Source: Octopus vulgaris
Lineage: Eukaryota
Length of the DNA: 64,000 bases
Assembly (NCBI GenBank): GCA_951406725.2
Contig: OX597814.1
Span: 147,932,001 to 147,996,000, forward strand
Direction: 5' to 3'
A program made the position numbers and the translations under genes. Positions 52,746 to 64,000 of this stretch are shown piece after piece. The notes under the pieces were generated by a model. That model worked only from the letters and a program-made list of their open reading frames with translations. It made no database searches and was not told the origin of the DNA. Position 1 is the first letter of the stretch, and every line of letters begins with the position of its first letter.

Positions 52746-52921
52746 TATTCTGTTGTGTCTGGGGAGATTCATTTTCTTTTTGTGCCTTATAATGTAACAC
52801 ACTCACCGGTAAATTTTCTACTTATTTATTAAAAATAAGAAAGAAGTGGATATTTTACCGGTGAGTGTGTTACATTATAAGGTACAAAAAGAAAATGACT
52901 CTCCCCAGACACAACAGAGTA
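52746..52921. repeat. Fold-back inverted repeat, 78-bp arms, 20-nt loop
   Basis: 52746-52823 pairs with 52844-52921 with only a handful of mismatches. Confidence 0.92.
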
Positions 52922-53360
52922 GCATATTTACTTATATCTTTGATAGTATTCTTGACATGGATCTGGATTTGGCCAATACTGTAGTTTACTATGAATATAA
53001 GAGAAAACAATTGATTAGATTTAGTAAAAGGCGTACTTGTGTAGTAATTATGGCAAAAAAAAAAAGAGAATGTTTTGAAAAAAATAGGATACAAAATAGT
53101 TTTCCAGGTATTATTCTTAATAATAAACAGAGCAAATACCATCATATCTATAATGTCTAAGCTCGATGTGCGTCCATGGAATGGACGTCGAAGAAAATAT
53201 TAATAGGATTTTAACTGTTGCAGAACTAGCAACTTTTACCCTTGATTTTCACAGTTTTGATGTTATGTCAATATCTAAATCATGGGAAATCTTACAAATA
53301 TAGAATAGTAAAATAGAATGCTTAAACGAACTGCGATTTTCGCACGCAATGCAGATAACT

Positions 53361-53725
<365 letters not shown>

Positions 53726-53740
53726 ACATATGTATGTATG

Positions 53741-54673
53741 TATCATGGGTCATCCCAGAAATAATGCAGTTTTTCAATTGCATGAACCAAAATTTGGAAG
53801 GGGACGGGATAATGTACCTGCATCAATTTGCTTTAGCAGCAGGTAGTAATTTTGCCTTATATTTATTCTTAGTGCAAGTTTTGAAGAGTGCAGTTCGAAT
53901 CTAATAGTTATTTTTTCAATGCTGTATTTGAAGTGACAAAGGTGCATATTCTGCATATTTTTGCTTTATATGTTCAATAAAGGTAACAGCGCAACAGAAA
54001 GTGTGAGGGATATTAATGCAGTATATGGGGATCGGACAGTAAGCATAAGCTAGTGTCAATGGTGGTTCCAGAAATTCCGTGCCGGATACTAAAGTCTAGA
54101 TGTCGAGCCACGTCCCGGAAGATCCGTAGAGTTGGACGAGGACGTCCTGCAAACCCCGGTGGAGTAAAATCCCATCGTAACTGTTGAGGAATTAGCAGAG
54201 ACGCTGCTTGGATTTGGTCATTCAACCATTTATTGACACCAGCGTGCCATCGGAAACGACTATCTTTGGTTTCAAGATGAAAGGTGTTCTTCCATTAGGA
54301 TAATGTTCGACCACATACAGGGAGGATGGCATTCGAAAGGCTGGAGCCGTTAGAATGGTAAATGATGCACCACCCTCCATATTCGGACATTGCCCAATCT
54401 AATTAACATTTATGCTACTGTCTTCATAACCATTTGAACGAAAGAAATATGAATTCTGTAGACGAGGTCAGAACAGTACTGTTGAAGTATTTTTCGTGAC
54501 GTACAAGTGAATTTTAGAAGAGGAGCTTGCAAGTCTACCAGATAGAAAAAAGAGCATTGTCGAAAATGAACGAGAGTATATTTTAGATTAAAATGAACTT
54601 TGTTTATCTTAATTTTGAAAAATAAAAGAAGTATAAAAAAAACTGCAGTATTTATGGGATGATGTAGAACATA
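53741..54673 (+). mobile_element. Internally deleted mariner (Mos1/SETMAR-like) element
   Basis: Imperfect TIRs catcccagaaataatgcagttttt (53751-) and aaaaactgcagtatttatgggatg (-54661). Remnants KGNSATESVRDINAVYGDRTVS...WWFQKFRAG...EPRPGR, VFFH*DNVRPHT and HPPYS.DIA. Confidence 0.82.
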
Positions 54674-55327
54674 CGTATATATATATATATGTGTGTAACA
54701 GAACATGCTCAAATTCAAATATGATACACTCACACATACATAGATTCTGAAATGATTTCTCATCAGCATTTGAATGCTCCTGACATAAAATGTATTAACA
54801 TTAATTCCCTGTATGCATATAAGCATGCGCGCGTATGTAAAGAATTAATTTTGATTGCATGTAATAATTTAGTAGTTAATCTGTCATTTACTAAGAAAAC
54901 AGTGTGTATGCATGTCAGTTTTGATAACAATTTTCTAAGATTAGGAAGTGTCAAAAAGGAAATACAATTTCTGCAGTTGTAATTGAGACTTTGTTTTATA
55001 CAAAGACTCTTCTGTATGTCTAACACACTTGCATATTTATTTACATTTATCCGCATTCTCGTACATCTATGAACACATATAAATATATGCATGTATGTAT
55101 ATGTGATTGTATATATACGGATGGAGATAAGTATGCAAATTTGCTTAAAAACACAAGTATGCTCTTGGGCAGATATACACATATCGGATGTCTTAGTTTA
55201 ATAAAGTTTTCCGGCAGTGCTTAGTCTATATGTCTCTGTGTGCTAGCTCATAAATATGTATCTAAGTTTACTCGTACTATCATTTCATAAAATTTACTTA
55301 GTTATTACCAATGAACACAGACAGACA

Positions 55328-55376
<49 letters not shown>

Positions 55377-57590
55377 TTTGCCGGTGAGGGTACCCATTTA
55401 TTTGTTCCATTTAGCCTTCGTTTGTGCTTTTGTTTGTGCATCTTTATATATGATATTCGTTATCTCCTCTGTGATTTCATAACTTAGATATAATAAGCAC
55501 GTTGTTTTTAAAAAGCTAGTAATATGTCAGAAACTTTAGTATCCGCACTAGCAAACTCAATTTAGTGTCCATTTTACTGGAGAATTGCATATAATCCTAA
55601 CTGCGCAATTGCTTCAACATCTGCAGTTTACTGCTGTATTATATATGTATTTATGAATAACGAATATGTGTGGGTGCCATTATGAATGCTGAGTCATCCA
55701 TGTAATGTGTTATTAACGTTTATGCTACGTATAAAGGCTAAATATTTATTTGCTGAGGTGAGGACGATTGCATTTGTGAAGACGGAAATGGAGAGCACAT
55801 TAGTATCTTGAATGTATTTAATACATGTACGGATGTGCGTATGTATATATATGATTCAGTCTTACCAAGTACCTGTGTGTATATGGGTTTCTGTATGCGA
55901 GTAGATGAATGGTAGCGGGTATTTAATTATATGTGTACGCATATCCGGCTTTATTAATCAGTTCTCTTATAGAATAAAAATATTTCTCAGTATCTTATTT
56001 ATTTTAGACTACTTGTAAACAAACACGATGGGATTTGTCTGGTTTTATATTTAACTCCCGAAGTTCTCAATTGCCAACGCGTGTCTGCTTTTTGAGAGTT
56101 TGTCAGCGTAATTTCTAAATTTAAACACTTGAAGTGGCATAATTGTGTAGCCATGGAAATCAGATTCGTTGAGGGCAGAAAACAAATTTTCAAACAATAT
56201 TTCTCTATGAACACATTAGTATGATTCTACATATCTTTTGCGTCACACCAATTGAAGTAATACGAATGAGTGACAAAATAATCAATTGTTGGTTATAATT
56301 ATACAGGTAGAGGCGGCAGCGGGTACTTTGCCCTCATAGTGTTGCAAGTACACTAATACAGAGAAAACGAGGAATGGAAAAATATAGATATGTAAAGAGA
56401 GAGAGTGAAAGAGGAGAGAGAGAGAGTGAGAGAGGAGAGAGAGAGAGACACAAGATTGATATTCAAAAACAGACAGAGAAAACACGATGGAAATGCAAGA
56501 GACAAAGTGAAAGCCTTAAAGAAAACAAATAGAAAATAGAAAATAAGACTTAATAGCAGTAAATGATGATTGACTGGTGGTGGTTACAATATTTATTGTG
56601 ACAGAAGTTGTTTGCTGTGGTTGGTTGTTGTGGTTGGTTGTTATGGTTGCCTTGATGGTGTCAACGACATTACTCAACGACAATTAGTTGCACTAAATCA
56701 TACTATACCTTTTGTAACCTAAATCTACTCTTCACACACAACTCCGTTCATACACTCATCAGCATCACCAACGTTAAGTAACACTCTGTCGACATTATTA
56801 CCACAACAAACTATTACAGTTCCCAATGCATGTATATATGTACTTGTTTGTGTGTTTGTATGTGTGCTTGTGTGTGTGTGTGTGTGCGTGTGTGTCTATG
56901 TGTGTTTGTGTGTGTGTATCATAGCCTCCACTTCTATCTTTGTCTTCTCAATCTCCAACACAAAACAAATACAGTTCTCCGTTTTCTCAAGCAAAGCGTA
57001 TGAGATTTCCACGGTTTCACTTGTCTGTTTCATAAGGCAAATGAAAATGAAACTCAGGTGTTTTGAATATATATCACTTTTCCTTATGCCTTCAGCTCGC
57101 ACTTTTTACTTTGCTCATCTTAAAGCATAAGCACCTAGCTTACAGGAAGAGTACAACCTTTTACCCGCGGGATGCTACACCCTACAAGGGACAGACAATT
57201 GTAACCGCGAAAAAGATAAAAATATAGAAAAAAATAATCTTGCTTTGATCGCTATGACTTCGTACTAAAAGAATAACAAAAATCCTCTAAGTGGATTCGT
57301 CACAGTTATATTCACCACCAGCCGTGACTGCAGAAATAAAAGCATTCAGCATGTTGAAAATTTAACATGGCAAATACGAAAAGGATATGCAACTCGAATA
57401 ATAGAGCATTCACTAAATAGGAAATGGTGAACCATGACAAATATTCACTTGTTCATGAATTTTGTTTTTTCAAATTTTTAAGGAAGGAAATCGAAAAATC
57501 GGGTATAATGAAGATACTGAATTTAGCCTGGATTTCTATCGCCTTTATGTATTCACAGCGATGTCCTATGCCGTCGTAATGTATAACGAC

Positions 57591-57622
<32 letters not shown>

Positions 57623-59230
57623 CTGTCCCTCTCTCTACCTGTCTCTGTCTCTCTGTCTCTCTCTCTCTCTCACGCACACACATATCACATGCACACATAC
57701 ACATATATATATAAACGGAATTTGTGTGTGTCATTGTATTGTATATGAATTACAATACAGGAATACTTATATACATACGTGCATTTATGTCGAACAAATG
57801 AGAAAAACTACTCAATGCATATAGTGGATTATATGGTTTTCTTATTTTAACTGCTGATGCTTGTCTCGGGACTGGAATTTTTATGCCACTGTGATCTTTA
57901 TGCGATGTTACCTGATGTTGTGGATGTAGCAAAGTGAATCATACCGAACTCTTTCACAGACTACTGTCATTAGAAAACACTGTATCAATGACAATAGTTT
58001 ACAAATTGTCAATTGCGTATAATTTAGTTTAATTCCAGGCAGTTGAACGGAAATACTCGTGCATACTTCTCTGATATGCAGTAAAAGCATACTATGTGTG
58101 TGTGTGTTAAATTAAGTTCATTATTTTAAAAGCTAATTTGAGAGTAACAATGAAACGTTTTAAATTATCTGACATCGTTGTCAAATAATTAGCCTGAGTA
58201 AAACTGACGAATTATGACACAAGGGAGGTAGAGACATAACTTTCTCGATGAAACTAAGTAATGTGGTACGGAGTCAATACATTTGACGGCTACTGCCTTG
58301 TTCACTGATTTATCTGAATGTTATATATATATATATAATTGCGCCGATAATCTGGTGCGTGACTGAGGATAGAGGGCTTCGAATGACCCGTCCTAGTTTG
58401 TATCGTCTATCTGGATGCCTTGTTGCCCCTTTTTGTATCACCTAGCTGTCTCGATGTTTTGCATTATTGTCCCATTTTGTAGTATATATATACATAACGG
58501 TGTACGTACACATTGCCCTCATATATATATAAATACATACACCCACACGCACATACACCTACAATTATACATATACATATAACTAGTATGTAATATTAAT
58601 TTTATTTTATTTTCTTTCTTTCATTTCAGTTCTGGGTGTTGTTGTTGTTGTTGGTTTTTCTATCGAAAAAATGTCTTTCAACAATACTATAATACGTTGC
58701 GAATAAACTCGACTGGATCTACTTCTGAGTACCTGATTGCCTGTCTGCCTAGTAATGACTTGAACCATCCTTAATTCATCAAACGGTAATCTTCATATTT
58801 GTTTATATTCGTTTTGAAATTCTGTGTGTCTTTTGTTTGTCCACCTTGTTACTTTCATCCTATTTTCCTAAATTAATTTCTCTCATCTCGCGTATTTCAC
58901 AAAAATAGACTTTCTATTCCTATCAAATATACTCTCATTTCTGTTGACAAACACTTTGATAACAATATACTTCAAAACGGAAAAAAATTATCTGGCGTCC
59001 TTCGATGTCGATTCAGTCATACGACATTTAAAGATATATCGGATTCATTTAGCGTTCTCATTAGGCCCATATCAATCATATTACAAGTCAAACCGTTTAA
59101 TTCTTGAATGACCAATTATGATATTTATAGTAAACCAATTCTAAGCTAATCACAGGGTCAAGCTTTTGTGTAGGAATAAGTATAGTCGGTTAAATCGACT
59201 GCACACCTTATCTGTCACTCTCTTTCGCGC

Positions 59231-59303
<73 letters not shown>

Positions 59304-59319
59304 CATAGCCTCCTCTTCT

Positions 59320-59525
59320 ATCTTCTGTGTTTGTCACCCCACTATCGCTTGACAACCGATGTTGGTGTGTTTTCGTGCTCGTAACATAGCGGTTCTGCAA
59401 AAAACACCGATAGAATAACTACTAAACTTACAAAGAATAAGTCCTGGAGTCAATTTGTTCGACTAAAGGTGACGCTCGTGCATGGCTGCACTCAAATGAC
59501 CGAAACAAAATGAGAAGAATAAAAG
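59320..59525 (+). mobile_element. CORE-like SINE 3' half
   Basis: gtgtttgtcacccc...cgcttgacaaccgatgttggtg...aaatgaccgaaacaaaatgagaagaataaaag. Confidence 0.85.
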
Positions 59526-59544
59526 AATATATATATATACTTAC

Positions 59545-59625
<81 letters not shown>

Positions 59626-60501
59626 TATAGATTGATAGATAGATGGATATGTATATATATATGTATATATATACACATATACATATAGATTGATAGATAG
59701 ATGGATATGTATTTATGTATGTATGCATATCAACATATAACTATATAGATGTACGTTATTAAATAATGTTACTCGCTGACAAAACTAATTAGAATTCTAT
59801 AAATATACAAATTTCTTTTGTAAGTAATTATTCTTCTTTCTTTATCTTCCTTTTTTACAATGCATTGCTGTGTTATGTTCTTGACATTCGAACCGGTCAA
59901 ACGAGGTCTCAGTGGAGGAACTAATGTGAAGTACTCCATGTATTTGCTAGAAAATGCAATCATATATCCCTCGGTTCAGAGTCTTAGAAAAGTACGCGTT
60001 GAAAACTGAAGCTATATTTGCTGCACACAGAAAAAAAAATGGCAGAACGCTCAAAATTATAATTAATCAGAAGTAGCTAGGGACTAAACAACGCCAACCA
60101 CATAGAAAACTATTTCGTTGGCTAGTCAAATGAAACTGTAAAATATACCATTTGGTGAAACTAATTTGTGCCCCAGATTCGTTTCTCCAACCAGAAAATT
60201 AATTAAGCTAAATTACATATATAATGATTAAATGTGATTGTGGGTAATGAAGCTGTTGAGTTTTCCTTGCCCTAATGTTGGGCGAAAGACACTTGTAACT
60301 AGGTTAATATGGGAAGATATTATTAATTGCGTGTGAAATGGTATTGGGTGAGAACACTATAATTATATTCGGATTTGTGTTTCTGTCTTTTTAACTTTTG
60401 ACTTAAGTTGCCCACTTAGCCCATTTATTTAATTGGTTTATTAATATTATAACTTAGCGACATAGCTGCTAATATACTTACACAAACAACTGTATGTGAC
60501 A

Positions 60502-60543
<42 letters not shown>

Positions 60544-61207
60544 GCTCATATATGATATATGTATACACTTCCTTACAAAGTCATATCACAATATTAAATA
60601 AATACATATACTTAGTGAGTTGTGAAAGTTGACTGCGTGGTTCAGGCACAGGAATTTTAACAGCTTGAGAAACACAATAAGTCAAAAATTGACTAGGTTC
60701 ACTTTTCTTTTCCTTAAATGCTCATCAGGTATTGCCAATCTCCGCTTTCCTAAAACAGCGGAAAATTAATATCGTGCCAGGTACTTCGTCTTAATACACA
60801 AAGAACGATGGTTCTGTCTATATATACCCACAGTCCGTGTACAATTATGTTTACACACACACGTACGTGCGCACGCATGTAGTATGGGAATGAAGCCTAC
60901 AAATGTTTATAAACAATTTGACTGCGAAAGGAAACCTCATAATTAAATTTTAGTTCTTGTTTCAAATTAATAGGCTTAAAATTTCTGGTTTCGTGTTCCA
61001 CTGAAATTCGTTAGAGAACTTTGATCTTTTTGACAACTGAACTGCTACAAAGAAAGCAGTATAGAACTACCAGTGAATTATGTTTTTAAAAGAAGTGCGA
61101 CAGAGATAATATAATATACACATCAATTCATTTAAGTATATGAAAAAACTTCGTCTTCCATATTTATGCATTTATGCATATTCCACGTTCAGTGCGTACG
61201 CTTGTTT

Positions 61208-61267
<60 letters not shown>

Positions 61268-61280
61268 CATACATATATAC

Positions 61281-61316
<36 letters not shown>

Positions 61317-61667
61317 AAGTGTGTATATGTAAGTATGTGTGTTTGCGTACATATATACGTACACCCATATGCATATAGTAGGCATAATTTTGTGTGTAAA
61401 TAAGCAGTTTTCAAGTAGGCAATTAATTAAATATTTATATTTTAAACAACCTTAAACCAGCATTGCTTTGAGCATTTCTTTACGATGTTGAGTAGATATA
61501 TTAAGTGTAGGAAAGTTGTTGACGAAGAAGGAAGAAAAAAAGAGAGTGAGAAACATTGGATGGGAAATATGTTGCTTAAAATTGAACAGAGGAATTGAGA
61601 AGCCAGAACAGGATGTTAAGGGAAGATTAATAAGAAGAAAAATATTTTGATTTCATTTTCTTGATAT

Positions 61668-61716
<49 letters not shown>

Positions 61717-61926
61717 CTTATATTTAATTTGCTACCAAAGTACATGCTATATCGTGTCGCAGAAGCGTTTCCAGGGAGCGTAGAAACGTACATAGCATAT
61801 GAAAAAATGGGTTTGGCCAAATATCATACAATTACAGAATTTAGACTAAATTCTGTATAAATACGGTAAGAATTTATGAATATAAATACACATACCCAAT
61901 CAAATGCAGACATTGGCGTGTATGTA

Positions 61927-62208
61927 TGGTGGAGGCTTAGTTGTTAGGATGTTGGACTCTTGTTCGTTAGATTGTGCTTTCGATTCATGGACCGGGCGAC
62001 GAATTGTGTTCTTGAGCAAAAAACTTCATTTCACATTACTCAAGTCTACTTAACTGACAAAAATAAGTAATACTGCGACGGGGCGGCGTCCCGTCCAGGT
62101 GGGAAATGTAGACGCCAGCGTACCATCCAGGTTAGGAATATATACGCCAGCATCCGTAGACGTGGGGGAATACGCCATGTAAATCGGGAAACCGCCCCTA
62201 TAAGTCTA
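61927..62208 (+). mobile_element. V-domain-like tRNA-derived SINE with internal triplication
   Basis: Degenerate tRNA head, ttgtgttcttgagcaaaaaacttc, then ctgcgacggggcggcgtcccgtccaggtggg...gggaaacc resembling the V-SINE domain. Confidence 0.6.
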
Positions 62209-63699
62209 TATGACTCGGAATGGAACTTTGCTTTTTACTTTCTGAGTGTGTTTGCTCGCGCGTTTCTGTATGAACGAACCAGCCATTTGAACTACATATG
62301 ATTGATCCATTGTTTATATGTTCTTCTAAATCAGATATCGTTCCCTTTTGAATCAGGACATTATCTTTTCCTTCATCATGCACGTCACTCTGGATATCAT
62401 TTACCTTTTTTTTCTTTTTCTGGGCCGTAAAACACTTCACGTTGAACTTAGAATTTGTTCCTTCGTTTATTTCACTTGTCTTTGGCAAGGTCTTGTTCTT
62501 TTATCATTTCTTTAATTCGCTGATTGCCTCGAATGGTTTTCCATTCCTTTTCAGCCTTGTCATCATTGAGAAGCAGCAGAGTGTTACTAGTGGGTGTACT
62601 AAACACGAGCTACTTTTGCTAGCTCACCTGCTGCACATCTTTCTTTCTCTCTCTCTCCCTCTCTATCTATCTCTCAGTTTCTCTCTCTATCAATCTCTAT
62701 CTCTATGTCTTTTTCCCTCCTTTCTTCCTTCTGCCTTGCGTCGGAATTTCTACCTCGTGGCTTTCTTATAATACTGAGGTGATTCATATCTCCCCCGACA
62801 AATATAACACATATTCCCAAATACATATAAAAAAATTGGACGTTCTTCACTGCATCAGCAATTAATAGTTTCGTCCGGTACCCAAGATATAATAATGTCC
62901 AGTTTAGCTTTCTGGTCTTTTGGATTCACTAACGCTTGCATTTCCAACATAATCAAACAGTATCCTTCCAATCACGTACTATTTCTTGTTAATACTTCCC
63001 TCAGTTGTCTGTACTATAACGCAAAGGTGACTACGAGCCAAGACTGAATACCATTTCTAATATCCCAAGTTATGTCTCTTGTATTCCATCCCCCCCTATA
63101 ATTTACAGCACCAGACTTTGGGCAATCTTGTGGCACATAAACTCAGTTTGTCATATTGCCTGATTCAGCTCTGATAGATGGGAAACCGCAAGCCTGAGAG
63201 TGTATGGAAAGCGTTTCATAATTGGAAATATATGTTATGCCAACTTCGTCTTTCCCATGATTTTATACATGCACCGAGCAAGGTTGTATTATTTTCGCAA
63301 CACTCTACTCCGATAAGATTTTTTTTTTTCTGCAAATTGATTTATTTCCAAGGATTGTTCGTGGCTCACTACACAAAGAAAACTGCTAAGTTATTATTAG
63401 CGGATTTGTTAATAGTTGGTTTGTCAAAATTTGAAATGATTTGTTAGCTCAATGATAATAGTTGTATGTAAGTCTTCTGTTCTTTATATCCGTTTTATTT
63501 GAAAGTATAAATGGTATTGATATTGTTATAAAACTCTATTCTAACCATCAAATGAGGAGATGCCATGTTCAGAAATATGTTTGTGGTTTTCCAGTTGCAA
63601 CAAAAATGGAATCTAAACTCTTTATGTCCCGCGAAAGGAACAAAAATTCTCGATAGAAACACGCGTACGTTAAGCTCATGCATCCCATAACACGGGCAC

Positions 63700-63751
63700 A
63701 TAGAAACCGGGAAACCGGGCCCATGAGCCTAGCCAGGCTTTAAAAGGACGC

Positions 63752-63812
<61 letters not shown>

Positions 63813-63830
63813 GTTGTTGTTGTTGTTGTT
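63700..63830 (+). mobile_element. 3' end of a V-like SINE followed by (TTA)n(TTG)n tail
   Basis: agaaaccgggaaaccgggcccatgagcctag aligns with gtaaatcgggaaaccgcccctataagtcta at about 62179-62208. Confidence 0.5.
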
Positions 63831-64000
63831 GGTATCATTCATTGTGACTTAACTTTTATTTAAGGCGATATTTAATTGGATTGAGAGCGATTTTGTGGCT
63901 GTATTTAGTAGGTCGAATGAGCAGATATATTCTTTTGCTACTGTTTGTGAAATTGTTGATGGTTAAGCGCGTTAGGACTCTGCATGATGCTCATAATGAT

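Noticed and set aside
58340-58395. ctgaggatagagggcttcgaatgac as another hammerhead
   Set aside because: No convincing stem II and no GAAA box.
59611-59712. Duplicated ~44-bp AT-rich unit
   Set aside because: Ordinary slippage duplication within a microsatellite field.
62198-63180. Minus-strand coding-like stretch (96-aa ORF; IIISWVP resembling RNase H)
   Set aside because: Multiple stops, no coherent domain. Possibly a very old retroelement but not supportable by eye.

Overview
AT-rich, repeat-saturated eukaryotic DNA with no intact protein-coding gene that I can support. Almost all ORF-track entries are microsatellite read-throughs. The SINE and microsatellite repertoire suggests a coleoid cephalopod (Octopus-like) intron or intergenic region; this is inference. 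Supported content: many tRNA-derived SINEs of at least four types (CORE-like, Meta-domain-like, V-domain-like, and a tRNA-headed composite), two of them with clear TSDs; a degenerate tRNA-Asn(GTT); a full-length decayed DD37D (maT) Tc1/mariner with perfect TIRs; an internally deleted mariner; a non-autonomous Helitron; and fragments of RTE, CR1-like, R4/Dong-like and Penelope-like (probably Naiad-type) retrotransposons. The most unusual signal is a dispersed set of minimal hammerhead-ribozyme-like motifs sharing an extra A after CUGAUGA. One lies just downstream of the Penelope element and one is embedded in a tRNA-headed (Pol III) SINE-like element. Also notable: template-switch rearrangements, a 78-bp fold-back hairpin, SINE domains amplified into minisatellites, and a GC-rich coding-like island in a ~5-kb repeat-poor block.
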